Assembly: GCA_029717555.1 (NCBI GenBank)
Contig: JAMDHS010000019.1
Span: 1-64,000 of the forward strand
Origin: Peribolospora baueri
Lineage: Eukaryota
Direction: 5' to 3'
DNA length: 64,000 nt
Below, piece by piece: positions 37,701-50,447 of the stretch (positions within the stretch are counted from its first letter, which is position 1; every line of letters begins with the position of its first letter). The notes below the pieces were generated by a model. It worked only from the letters and a program-made list of their open reading frames with translations, ran no database searches and had not been told where the DNA came from. Made by a program: the position numbers and the translations under genes.

Positions 37701-37856
37701 GCGGAAGACCTCGCATCAGAGGACGAAGCGTTCCGACGATACCTCGTCGAGAACGGCTGGAACGGCCAGCTCGGAGACGGGACGGAAGGCCTGCACAAGG
37801 TGGACGAGGTGTGCATCGAGGACATTGACGCGGAGGCCGCGAGGATGCCTCGGTGA
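34728..37856 (+). CDS. GIT1: MFS glycerophosphodiester transporter (Git1-like), many exons including 11-14 nt micro-exons
   Basis: [124 protein letters not shown]. Confidence 0.9.
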
Positions 37857-38595
37857 CCTCCTCCTTCAAAAAGCGCTCCGACCGGATGTGTCATGCAGTC
37901 AGGGTCGCGGTGCTGTTTAGAATCGGACAATTACCCGCCCCCCCTTCCCCCCTCTACCCCCAACTCTTTCAAATATCATCCTGTTCCTTTCGTCCGTTCG
38001 TTTCCATTTTTTTCACTTTCCCTTCTTCGTCGTCGCCTTAAGAGCTTGGCTTTTGAGGTGTGCTTGATTCCCGTATAATACCTCCCTCGATTCTCGTACT
38101 CGAGTTGCTGTGCAAGGACATTTCGTGCCGCCCCTATCGCTCTTCCATACCCATGCTACGCTACCCCTAGCCGTTCCATAAAAGGCCACCGCTCACGGCG
38201 TCGGGACGCCGGCGTACCCTGGCCTCGTGACACGGCTGCGCACGACGAGACGGAACGCACCAGGCATCCATCCATCTCTGTCCACGGCCAGGCGCTGACG
38301 CGGAGACTTGGTCGATGACGATTTTGATAGATAAATCGGGGCCTTTCTCATTTGCTTTATTCCTCCTTCCTTGCTGCTTTGGTCAGAGCGAAGGTGGCCC
38401 GTGCGCACCGATCGGCGCTGCGGACTCGACGAAAGTCGCAAGTGGCCGCCCATTTTGCCCTCCCATCTCTCCGCTGCCCTTCTCGTTTTCAACGTTCCCT
38501 TTCGACGCTCACAGCCCCCCGCCACGTGCCTGTCCCACGGACTGGCAACGTCCGCTTTTGTCGTCCATTTTCCGATTATACCGTGGCGAGCGCGA

Positions 38596-40991
38596 ATGGC
38601 GATCTGCGTCCACTGCTCCCAACCCGTCCCCCATCTCTACACCGCTTACGGAGGATCCGGTTCCAGGTCGTCCACCAACGACGCTCCTTCCTCCCTCTCC
38701 AAACTGGTACGAAGAAGCGTATTGAGGACAGCGCTCGATTTACGCTCCTCCCTCACTTCCCCGTCGCCGTCACCCAAGCCTCCCGCTGGTCCGAGGTCTC
38801 GGGCCGGCGCCGAGCCGTCTCCTTCGCCGACCCCACTCCTCATCGTCGTCTCAAGATGTCCATCCTGCGGTCGCACCGCGGACCCATACGTCGAGATGGA
38901 GGACGTCATCGTCTTTCTCGACTTGGTGCGTCGTGACCCTGCCTATCCATCCTTAAATGATGTGACGGATGCCGCTTGGCTCCCGGACGGGTTTGCCGGG
39001 GCCGACCGACTGATGGATTTCGGTTGAGTCCCTCTTAACGCCATCTTACCTGTTCCGTTTCGATCACATCCCTTCCATCTTCTGTTTCCTCCTCGGTACC
39101 ACATGGCCTTCTGCCACTCCTTCCCCCCTCGTTTCTCCTTCCCCTACCCCTCCACCTCTGGATATGGCGCGGCAGGTCCTCATCAAACCTCGGGCCTTCC
39201 GCCACCTCCTATTCAATCGCCCTGTGCTGAATGCACCCGAACCCGCCTCTATGACCAAAAACGCAGCCTCGCCCGCGCTACTCCCCGTAGCATCCGACAC
39301 CGACCCCGAGGGAGATGAGGAAACCGTTAAGCTTGCCGGTGGCATGAGCGGCGAATTCACCTTGGGGCGAAGGGAGGCGGAGGACGATCACAATTCGAGA
39401 CCGAAGACGACAGCGGGTAGGGGGAAGAGGATACGACCTTCACCTGGGACAGAGACGGAGAGGGGATCCTTGACAGAGGTGAGGTTTTTTTTGCCCTCTC
39501 GTCCATTCGACTGAGCGACGACCGCGGTGGTTGTAGGAGGACCACGGGTGGTCTCCCTATCTTTCGTGCCCTTTACTGGTCCCTTACTATTCCCGCCCTC
39601 CCCCACAATCGGTGGTAGTGGTACATCCTTGCTAGACGAGCCGTCGCCATTATCCTCGTGGACGCTTGTGAGCATTCTTTCCGGCTCGCTCGCTCGCCCG
39701 TATTTCAAAGGCTCGAAGCCAAGCTAACCATCTAGACTAGGACGCTGACGCATGTCATTCTCTCTTGCCTATTTCCATAGACTTTTGCTGGTTTCATCTC
39801 TGTGGGTGTCGATAACTTCCCGAGACGGATTCCAAAAGCACGATGGGCTGACTCACCGCCCTGTATGATGATCTCTTTCCTCCAGGTGCGAGCCGGCCAA
39901 TCCCTGGCGCATGTTCGTCTACCGGAGCGGTTGACGTCTCCATCGTCACCTCACCGATGCAAGCGTCCACTTTGGACGGCGACGGCAACCCTTCGTGGGC
40001 CCTGTCGGCGGCATGTGGGAGCACGGGAGAGACGGACAAGATGCTGTTGGGGTATGCTGGCGTACTGTGGAGGATCGCTTTAGGTGAGCTGGTTCATTGG
40101 CGGACCGACCTGTGTCCACGGCCCACGTCCTTCCTATTTGCTTGAGTAGAAGTGCAAGTCAGATCGCTCACACCACCGCCTCTTCTCTATGTAGAAACGC
40201 TTATTTTCTACTCCGTCGTCACGCTCGTCTCCGCATGCTTGTGCTCCCCTGTAGGGCGTCTTTGGCGCCGGCAAACGAAGGCTTCCGGTCGTTTCCGGTG
40301 AGTCCTTCGCCGCTCGTCACTCAATCACCCTCGACGACTCTGGTCAATCACCGAAAGAAAGAAACGAACGAAGAGCCTCCTCTTGCCTCGTCTCATCACC
40401 TCGCACAGGCTTTTCCTCGTCCCCACCGCCCTCGTCCACTCCTCCCTCACGACGGTCTTCCTACTCTCCCTACTCCTCCTCTGGAAATCCAAATTGCCAC
40501 GCACTGGCAGCTTGTCAGCCTCCTCGTCCCAACCGCTCTTCGCCTTCTCTTCGCTCCACTTTTTCCGTGTCTCCTCCTTCATAGTCGCGCCCGGAGATGG
40601 AGTGAGCCGATGGGGGCTCAAAGCGTTGCCCAATCTTTGGAGGGACCCACTCCGCCGAGGACTTTCCTCTTTACTCGTCTCTCTCCAGCAAGCGGTGACG
40701 AGCCCGACGGGCGCGTGGGACGCCGACGCGGTGGTGCGCGCCGTCGTGGGAGGTCTCAGCTCCTCGGCCGCCCTCTTCGTCGTCTTCGAGGCGTGTCGTG
40801 GACCTCCTGCCTCGGCTTCGGCTTCGGCTTGTGACTCCGACTCCGCTCCCCACCTTTCCTCCCCATCTTCCCCCGGCGCGCCTCGCATACGAACCACCGT
40901 CCTTGCCGTCTTGTCGGCCCTGTCGGCGGGCTGGATGGCGCGAGCGTGGACGAGGGAGGCATGGATCGAAAGGGCTGGATGGCCCATATGA
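38596..40991 (+). CDS. ARV1: Arv1-family sterol/lipid homeostasis membrane protein (multi-exon)
   Basis: MAICVHC...LYTAY...SRCPSCGRTADPYVEMEDVIVFLDL-VLIKPRAFRHLLFNR (Arv1 homology domain), followed by hydrophobic segments. Confidence 0.85.
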
Positions 40992-41991
40992 GGCCGAGTA
41001 TGACCGCCTATCAGCGTGGTCCGCGTTGGTATGAATATGGTACACGACGTAATGCCCTTTCCTTGTCCATTCCTCCTTGCAGCGCCGGTTACGTATATTA
41101 CCATTTACAATTTAACGAAGGAAGAAACGGGCATGACGCTGAAGGGGTCGGTTCAGGTCAATGAGGAAGGAGCTCGCAAAAGAGAAGGGTGGAAGGAGGG
41201 TGCAGTCTCGTGTTTGCCATTCTCCATGCTGACACGGTCGAGATTCACAAGGAAGACGGGGTGGGACTGGAGATGGAAAGGAAGGAAGAGGACAAAGGGT
41301 GCTATTAGGCCGGGTGGCGGGCGTCTTTGGTATGGTGGTATGGGACGGAGGGTGGATGTGGAGAGCGAGAAGAAGAGACGGCAAAAGACGAGGGGAATTG
41401 GGATGGAGAGCGAACAGATGGAGGGGCTTAAAAGAGCGACCAAAAAAGGACAGACAGTGGAGAGGCAAAGAATATGGAACGGAGCTGACGACGATGCGAG
41501 AAGGACGAGGACGAGCGCGCGGCAGGTCCGAGGAGGACGACTAGAGTAGAGACAGTGGACGAGGAGAAGATGTGACTGAGAGAAGGGAAAGCAAGAAGTG
41601 AAAGATACAGTGACTGACAAGATGAGGATGAGACCGAGGCGGTAAACCGAAAGAGGGAGGACAGGAAAGGAGGTGGAATGAGACGAAAGGGAACGAACGT
41701 GATATCTATCGAACCAGACGACTACGACGAAATCGAGATGCATTTGCGGCGAGGCAGGCGTCCGACGGTCGTGTACAACAAGAAGAGAAGGAAGATGCGG
41801 CTAATATGAGGAATGGAATGAAGACGGGAGGCGAGGTGTAGATGAGCTCGACACGTCGGCCGAGTCGTTGACCGACCGAACCGGTGCCAAAACTTATCGC
41901 GCGCCAGCCCGTTGGTGGCGCGAGCAGAGCGAGTTCCAAAAGAACTTGTCTTATGGTTTTGGAAGCACCCCTGCCCCACTCCCCTCGCTCC

Positions 41992-44900
41992 TCACTCCTC
42001 CTCATCTTCCTCGAGGATCTCGCTGAGCGGCTCAGGCTCGTAGCCGGGCGAATGACGGCGTATGGGCGCGGCGACATGCACGTTGTTGTTGTTCTGCAGA
42101 TTGTGGGCAGTGAGCGTAGTGGGAGAGGCGGGCTCGCTGAGGGTCACTTCGTCAAAGTCGATATCGTCGTCGTCGTCGTCGTCGTCTTCTTCATCTCCTC
42201 CTTCTTCTTCTTCATCTTCTTCCTCCCACCTCCTCACGTCTTCCTCGCGACTCATCTCCGAGTCGCCCGGGAAGTGGTTGCGCTCCCGCTGTTGCGGTTG
42301 CTGCCGCTGCTGCGCCTGCTGCAAGCGGTAGACCTGCGCAGCATAGGCCCTCGAATGGTCCGACCAATAATCGCCAGCGCCGTTAAAGTTCTCTTCCGCC
42401 TTACAAGGCGAAGGTGTGCCGCTGGGCGAAAAGTCCTCCCTTCCGCGAGCGCTGGAAAGGTGGTGGTACAACTGTACGGGAGAGGAGGTCCCGCCTCCGT
42501 TTCCTGACGTAGAGGACGGACTCGGTCTTCCTTCGACGAGCGCGGCATTCTGTGCGATCAGGGAGGCGATGAGGTCCGAGCGCGACGACGGCGAAACAGA
42601 CCGCTGCCGATGCTGCTGGAGATCAAGATAAGGATTGGAGGACGAGCTGGAGGACGAGCTGGAAGGCGTCATGGCCACCGAGGCTAGAGTGGAAAGCTCG
42701 GAGGGAAGGTCCGAGTTGGTGTTTACGGGAGAAGAAGCAGGGCTGACGGAGCAGCCGTAGACAGGAAGAAAGGAGCATAGCTGGACCTGTTGCTGGAGAA
42801 GCTGCTCCATGCCGGAAGAAGCGGAAAGGGTGTCCTGACGTTCCCTTGGAGCGCCCTCCGTCTCGACATACACACGACCGTCGGAGGCAAGCCCAGGAGA
42901 TGGCGAGGCTGCGGGAGAAGAGGATCGAGAAGTGTCGTTGGAGCCCATCTGTGAAGAAACGAAGAGGAGTTTGTCGAACACAGGCGTGGGCGACTGCGAG
43001 CGCGATCTGTCCATTGGGGCGCGGTCGCCCCTGCCCGGCCTGCTGTCTCGTGCCGACGCCCCTGCGTCATCGGCACTCGCCCTCCTCCTAGTGGCACCAT
43101 CATCAGCTCCGTCCCCTTTTTGATTTGCGTTCGCGTTCGTGTTCACTATGGTCTTCGCTTTCGCCCCGATGGCTGAGACAGCGTAGGGGGCATCGCTTGT
43201 GATCACGCACAACGCCTCCTGACGAACGGTCATACGCTGTCCCGGACGTGGGAGGGACGGCTCGACGTGCACGCCTTCCTCGGTCGGTTGTCCCTCCTCG
43301 CGGCTGTCGGTCGTGTCATCGGCTGGGGACGGCGCCGCGACAACTATTTCTTCTCGGCTCTTAATGAGTTGGACAGACGAGCGGGACGCTCGGAAAGGGT
43401 CCGCCTCATCATCGTCGATCTCGGCAGGAGGGAAGACCAGGGCGACGCCGTTTGCACTAGGGTTCGTCGTCGCCGCCGCCGTCAGCTGTGCGCCGGCGTC
43501 TACATCGCCGGAGCCGCCTCCGGGGCCGAGCTTGCGAAGGAAAGAGAGACTTTTCTTCCTCGCGTTGGCGAGACGTCTCTGCGAGGGGGTGCGAGGCAGG
43601 GGGGAAGCGGGCACCGGGGCGATATCCTCGAAAGCCGCATGACCGTCTGCACTGATGCTAGCACTGACACCAGCGGCATTGGCGTTGTTGTAGGATGTGA
43701 AGGAGGACCCACTGGTCCTAGATCCCAACCTGATGCTCCCAAAGTCCATCCAGCTGTGCCTCCTCTGCTCAGGTACGAAAGCGGGCTGCGCTCCTCCAAA
43801 GAGCGCGACCGAGGAAGGAGCGGTCATGGTGAAACGGCGGAATGGTGGCGCTGGCCAGCTGTCAGAATTGATAGATGGGAGCGTCGAGTCGTCTGCGTCT
43901 TGGTCGGCACCGTTGATCGTTGACATCGACGTCGACGCCGATGTTGTCGTCGTCGGCGGTGGCGGCTGAGGAAGGCTGTGGGCGCTGGCGGTGTGACGGC
44001 GGAGAAGCGGTTTCTCCTCGAGTAGCTGTTTCTTCTTGGCGGCAGGCGACTCTGGACTGGCGGGGACGAAGGAAGAGGAGGGAGAATGGACGAGGTGGTC
44101 GATGGAGAGCGCGAAGGGCTTCCCGTTGGCCGCGCTGGGTATCCAGGCATAGTCCTTCTTGGCCCCGACGGTGGCGGGCGTCGTCGCAGGCTGTGAGGAC
44201 AGGTCGACGCTCCTATGGTGGCCGTGGCCTTTCCTCACAGCAGCGCTCGCGCTGGCGGAAGCGCTGGCGGTAGAAGGGCGCTTGGGTTTGCGCTTGCTGA
44301 AGAGCAAAGATCCGGTTCGGGGTAGGTCAGTAAGCGACAAGCCCGGACGCCAGCCGGCCTTGCCGCCATTGGTGTCAACGGCACCGTTGCTCGGAAGAGT
44401 ATATGTGGTGGACAAGCCGTTCGAACCGCACCCGTCCTTGAGAGGGTCGATGGCGGCCAAATTGGTGGTCATGCTGGGAGAGGAGAGGAGGGAAGTGAAA
44501 GAGATGGACGGCGAACTGTGGACGGGCAACGAGACGGCGATCAATTTCGCCATAAGACAAGACGTGCATGTAAATGGCGGGGTCAGGTCAACGATGGGAT
44601 GTATGCGTCCAGATTAGACCGGGAGGTAGACGCGGACGAAACTACTTACACGGGACCTTGTTCCGTCGTCGTAGACGGGTCGACGGTCGTGGGAAGCGGC
44701 AACTCTTCTTGAGCCTGGGAGAAAGCGGACAGTCCTTCCGGAACTTCGACATTAGGGGTGATAGTGGAAAAAGCTAGAGAAAAAAAAAGAAGCACAAGAG
44801 GAAGACGAGGCGGGAACGAATGGGCAGGCGTATTAATGAATGGTCGAACGACCGTAGGGAGGGACGGGTGAATGCGCGCGTAGAATAGACAGACAGACTG

Positions 44901-45776
44901 TCGGGGGCCGACAGTTCGGAAAAAGGCCAAGTCCCGATCGAAGCTGAGGAAAGGCGACCATCACACACCGTGTTGCACCGCTCCCTCCGCCTGGCCGCCT
45001 TCGTTGAACGGGGAGCCAAAGTCGATGTCGCCAAGGACGAGGCTGAGTCCTTCATCGGCACCAGACGCTTGCTCTCCGCCCTTGAGCTTGTCCCTGTCCT
45101 TGGCCTGCACGTGAGCGCTGCCGTCGGTCCTTTTCACCAGCTTGGAGCCACCCTTGGACCTGAAACTCTTCTTTCTCATCTTCTTTGCCGCCTCCGCGGC
45201 TCCCTCTTGGACCTGCATGGTGGTGGTGGCGGCGGCGTGGACATCACCGTCGCGCTCGCCGTCATCATCGGAGAGCTGCTGATGCCCCTTCTTGCTCCTT
45301 CCGTCGAGGACGCCTGGTAAAAGGCTGCTGAGCGAGGTACGCCACATCGACCGACGATCCTTTCTGCTTTTCAGGGATCCGCGGAGCGTTGAGTCGCCGG
45401 AGAAGGTCGAGTCGGACGGAGAGGTGTAGCCGTAGGAAAATGGCCTGTTACTCAGATTGGCCTTGCCGCCCTTGACGGCGCGTTCGCCCTCTCCTTCGCC
45501 TTCCTTCCCTCCACGCTCGAGACGTGGGTCGTCGAACCAGGTGAGCCGGGGCTCGCTGGAGGACCTGGGGTAGGAGAGGGAGAGGGCGGGGTTGAGGGAG
45601 GAGCTCCAGATGCTGGGGAGGTAGATGTTGGCAAACGAGGCGCTGGACTCCAGGTGACCGCCCTCGTCTAGCGCCAGGTGGTCGTCCAACTCGACCGAAG
45701 AGGCGTTTTCATGAACGAGCGAGCGGATCGTTGCCGCTGTGGGCGAGCATGACGTCGAGGGGTCCCCGGCGGCCAT
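41992..45776 (-). CDS. Large Ser-rich, probably disordered protein of unknown function (3 exons)
   Basis: ORFs 44961-45776, 44646-44930 and 41992-44553 join in frame through introns 44968-44774 and 44649-44474. The C-terminus is acidic and no domain was recognised. Confidence 0.7.
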
Positions 45777-47350
45777 CGCTCTCCGGCGTGTCTCTTGGAA
45801 GCGTGAAAGGCTTGTCAGAGCCCGTGGAGGGAAGACAAAGTGAGCGCGCCGTCGGAGAGGCGGAAAGAAAGGGAGATGGAGTGAGAAGAGAGCGAGGTTA
45901 GAGGTGGATGGGGTGGTAGAAGAGAAGAGCGTCCGTCATCGGGAGCGGAGATGAGCTGGAATGGAAGGGGTGGCCGGCAAGAAGAGCGCCAGGGGCCCTT
46001 GGATCGAGGTCGAGGACGAGCAGGCTGAATGGAGTGCGTGCTGGGAGAGAAGGGTACGGAGAGAAACAGAAGAGGAATCCATTAACCGTTTGCGATGTGT
46101 ATCTGTATCTGTGCCATCCTGTCCTGTCTTGTCTTGTCCCATTTTATCCTCCTTGTGTGTGATTGATTGCTGGTGCACGATGCGACGAGCGAAGAGTCAA
46201 GGAGGTGAGGCATGGGCTTTAGCGCGAACGAAGGCGGGAGCGTCGTGCCATCGGCCTCGGCCACCGCGGACTACTAGGTCGAGACCGGGGTAGGCGGAAG
46301 AGGGATGGACGGAATATGTGAAAATGACGATATATATTCCTCTCCATCCATCCCGGAATTGGCCGACCGTGGAGGCGGTTAGCTGGTCGTCGATGAGCAA
46401 GCGCGCCGACGACGACGACGGTTCGGTTGTGGTGGTCGTCGGAAGGTTCGTTCGTTCGTTGATCGATCGACGGTCGACGTCGGAAGGAGTGAAGCGACTC
46501 CTCCCTCCTTCCCTCTCCTTCGTCCCTCGCTCTCCCTCCATCCTCCCATCTTCCTGCCTTCGCCTCGCCCTTCCCCCTTCCTCCTCGCTCCGGAGCGTTG
46601 TGAGGGGAGGATGGATGAATGGAAGAGCAAGCCAACCAACCGATGCCGGATCGCGAGCGGGCTTTGTGTGCAAGGAGAGTCGCCACGTGGGACGGACGAC
46701 GATCGAGCCGCAGCAACGATCGATCTTCGCGTCTTGTCCCGCCCCCTGTTATTCGATCCGCTTGCCCTCCCGCTCACTGCCCGGTTTCTGAGAGACACTG
46801 GGCGCTTCCCCCTCTCCTTCACGGACGGCACGGACGCATCACCGACGACGGGTGACCCCCACCCCTGCTAGCCGAACCCTGCCGCGACCCTACGCCTAGT
46901 TCCCCCCCGCCTGCGATCACTTTCTTGGGCTGGTCGTACAGCTATTTGAGTCCTAAGAAGCACCTTTCTTGATAGACCAGGGCTCACTCCGACCTTTATG
47001 TAGTCACCTCCTTTTCTTTTCCTCTCCCCTTCGCCCCACGACCCCTCGGCGCCGATCGCGACGCCTTCCGCATCCCTTACCGCAGTGTACTTTTTACTAT
47101 TTCAACACCTGTATATTCCCTATGGGCCGATAATGGCCTTTACATATGGAATTTAATCCGACTAATCAATCAATCAATCAATCAGTGACGAGATCGAGAC
47201 GAGATGAGCTGAGTTGAGCAGAGCTTGACGAACAGAGACGAGCTGGATCACGCTCGAGTACGTACAGCGAGGGTGAGACGTCCAAGATCAATCGCCCTTC
47301 TCACGAGCATCTCACATCCCTCGCCCCTCCGCGCACACCCTCCGACAACC

Positions 47351-48524
47351 ATGCCGATCCAGAAGCACGCCAACACCGTCAAGCTCGTCCACCCCTCTGA
47401 GCGGGCGTGGGCCGAGGTGCACTACAAGGGCGCTACCGTCATCCACTGGAACGTCGAAGGAGAGGAGAAGCTATTCCTCAGCAAGGTGGCGTGAGTGAAT
47501 GAAGGAACGAATGAACGGACGAACGAACAAATGAATGAATAAACTTCCCCCCACCCCCGCCAGCGTCCTGGACGCAGAGAACAAGGCCATCCGAGGCGGC
47601 ATACCCATCGTCTTCCCCGTCTTCGGAAAGACAGACGACCCCGAGTATGCGCATCTCCCTCCGCACGGCGTGGCACGGACAGAGAAGTGGGAGCTGATAG
47701 GAGAGGTCATGGACAGGGAGGAGGGCGTCAGCGTCAAGTTTGGTAAGCCGCGCGCAAGTCGTCCGTCGCCTTGGAATGGAATGCATGGATCGATCGTTGG
47801 GCAGGACTCGACCCGCGTTTGAACGCTTTCCTTCCCTTCTCAGGTCTCGACGCTACCACCAGCCCACACTTGCCCATCTTGATGCGCACCCCGTTCAAGC
47901 TCCAATATGTTGTGTGAGTCGCCGCCGCGACCGATGCGATACCACATGTCGGGAGGCTCACCGATCGATTGTTTACCTCCCTCGCTCGCCCGCCCGCCCA
48001 GCACCCTCACGGCCCGCGAACTCACGACGCGCCTCGTTGTCCACGCTCCCACCTCATCGCCGGCACCTCTGCGCTTCCAAGCGCTCCTGCACAACTACTT
48101 CTCCCTCCCCTCCGCCTCCGACGCCACGATCACCGGCCTCACCGGCTGCATGTTCATCGACAAGACCCGCGGCGGCGTCAAGGGCGTCGAGGACCGTACG
48201 GTGGTCCGCGTGGCGGACAAGTCGTCCGGCCACAACGAGGTGGACCGAATCTACGATGGCCCACCGCACAAGCCCGGTCGGGAAACGTCGGACATTAAGC
48301 TTTCCTGGTCCGACTCCAACGGCATCTTCATCCGCAAGTGGTCCTCCGCGTTCCCTCAGGTCGTCGTGTGGAACCCTTCGCCAGAAAAGGCAAAGGCCAT
48401 GGCCGACCTCGAGGAAGGCGGCGAGGACCGTTTCGTTTGCATCGAGCCAGGCCACGTCCTCGGATGGGTCGAACTCAAGCAGGGACAGTCCTGGATCGGT
48501 CAGCAGGTCTTGCTGGCTTTTTGA
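47351..48524 (+). CDS. Glucose-6-phosphate 1-epimerase (aldose 1-epimerase family)
   Basis: GATVIHW....EKLFLS, KAIRGGIPIVFPVFG, HGVART, FQALLHNYF, EVDRIY, VVVWNP..EKAKAMADL, FVCIEPG. Confidence 0.92.
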
Positions 48525-49016
48525 CTCGGTCGGCCCGGCGCCAGGTGGTGGGGCAGACGGGCGGGAGACGAGGCCAGAGGCTCGCTTGGCCGCATACCCG
48601 TACGAGCCCATCGGCATCGCAGAACGAACGAAATTTCATCCAAACCGCAAAGCGACGGCATGTATGATACATCTTGAATCGAAACGCGTTCCGCTCCAGA
48701 CACGCACGTACAACGACGCGGTGCGATGCGCGACGACCGGATGCCGACGAGATAAACGTACGTACCTCACGTACCGTATTGCAGCGCCGCCAGTCGCTTG
48801 CCTCACTCCGGCGGTTCGGGGATGGTCGGTCGTCCGGATCCCGGCTCGATCCAAGTCTGCCGAGGACGGGGTGCGAAAGGCGAAAGAGACGGTGACATGT
48901 CAGTATCGGGCGCTGGAAAAGGAACAAGTAGCTCGCTCGGCGCCTCCTCCCTGCCTGCCCATCTGTCCGTCCTTCCACCCGCCGATCCACCACAATCCCT
49001 CCCTCCTCTCTCTTCG

Positions 49017-49680
49017 CCCGATCCCACGTCATCTCAGACAAACCTCATATCGTCCGCGTCCCCCTCCCATCCGTCCGCATATACCTCCCCCCTCGCGACC
49101 CGCACGCCCTCTCATCGACTCGAACAAAGCAAGGCGCGAGCGCACATGCGCGCATCGCATCGCGTCAAGCTAGGCCGCCGCGGGCTCGCCTCCTCGCCTT
49201 GACGCCACCCTTACCTTCCTCAGACCGCCCACCACCAACATCGTCATCGCCAGCCGTTGCTCGTCATCGTCAGTCCTCGCGCCATGCTCGCTCGCTCCCA
49301 AAGACGCTCTCGACCCCCCCTCCGTCATCTAACCTTCCGCACCGCTCCTGTCTCCTTGAGGAGGGAGCGATGTCGATCGGAAAGCGAGATCGGAAGGGGG
49401 GGAGAGTATCCCAGCGGGAACGAGGGCGCGACGCCAAGACGACGACGACGACAATGACAACAACGACGGATGAGGGGGGAGGAAGGAGGGCTAAAAAGGC
49501 GTCATGATGATGGAGACGGCGCGCGACAGAGCGAGCGAGCCGGCGAAGCGCCGCTTGTGAGGACGAAAGGGCAACGGGGAGAGGAGAGGGCGCGAAGGAG
49601 AAGCGGGAAAGGGCCTCTGACGGCTCTTCCTATTGATGACGGTTCGTAGGGCGTCATCATTTGATGATCGTGGGACCAGG
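49017..49680 (-). ncRNA. U49: U49 (SNORD49)-like box C/D snoRNA with a large internal insert
   Basis: Box C ATGATGA (49660-49654). The 13-nt guide ATAGGAAGAGCCG is complementary to LSU rRNA CGGCUCUUCCUAU and is followed by D' CAGA, matching my recollection of human U49 AAUAGGAAGUGCCGUCAGA. Box D CTGA at 49037-49034. A 17-bp terminal stem pairs 49663-49680 with 49017-49033. Confidence 0.8.
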
Positions 49681-50042
49681 CAGGGATAGGCAGGACCAGT
49701 GGAAGGATAGAGATAGAAGGGCGCAGGGGACGACGTCGACAGAGGATGGAGAGTGCGCCACTCACTCATGATTCACCACTGTTTTGGTGTTCTTCTGACA
49801 ACTCATCATCCGATCGTCACTGAAACGATGACTCCTGGATGCCACACGAAGATCACAACCACAGGGTTATCTGCACGAATGATATTCAATGGAAAGGACG
49901 CACTGTCGCGAGATCGGACGGCGGCCGATGACGGAGGCTAAATACAGAAAAGGGAAAGACCTATTGCGAGCGAGCGACAACGCGGAAAGCAAGTTCACGA
50001 CGTGGTCAGTAACGAGGACCGAGGCGAAAACGGAAACCGCCA

Positions 50043-50260
50043 CGAATCCCGATCCCTCATACATCCAAGGAAGAATAATACCCTCATCGAGCCGGAGCCG
50101 CTGCGACCGCCCCACGCCCCCAGCCCGGCCGACAAGCGACCGGGAGGTTCGAGGGGACGCCTCCCCGAGGGGAGAAGGAACGGGAGCTGACCCACGCAAA
50201 GACTCTAGAGTGGAAACTGCGAATTTCAACGGAACTTCGAATCCTTGGGATCGGGATTCG
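50043..50260 (-). ncRNA. U14: U14 (snR128) box C/D snoRNA
   Basis: Domain A ATTCGCAGTTTCCAC (50224-50210), domain B CTTCCTTGGATGT (50073-50061, guide for the yeast 18S Cm414 equivalent), and a perfect 14-bp terminal stem cgaatcccgatccc/gggatcgggattcg. Confidence 0.95.
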
Positions 50261-50447
50261 GCGGCGAGAGGGTTAAAGTGAGACAAGAAGCTTACATTGT
50301 AAATAGAGGTGACCGGAAGAGGGAAGAAATCTGAAGAGAGATCGACGAAGAATGAGGCAGAGAGAAGACGTCAGCCATTTCCCTGTCGTCCTTCTTCAAG
50401 ACGTGAAATGCAACAGCGCCCTCGCAGCGGCAGGGCAGAGCAGTAGC

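Noticed and set aside
47160..47540. (AATC)n and (GAAT/GAAC)n microsatellites
   Set aside because: Common simple repeats in a promoter and an intron, with no sign of further function.
47740..49173. 477-aa plus-strand ORF
   Set aside because: Out-of-frame overlap of the epimerase exon running into the antisense of the snoRNA host intron; a GC-rich artefact.
49050..49900. Telomerase RNA as the identity of the long structured region
   Set aside because: No 1.5-repeat template such as UAACCCUAA; only TAACCCT at ~49863-49869, and it is outside the insert.
49867..50286. 139-aa minus-strand ORF
   Set aside because: Non-ATG start; it overlaps the U14 snoRNA and its intron, which explain the sequence fully.
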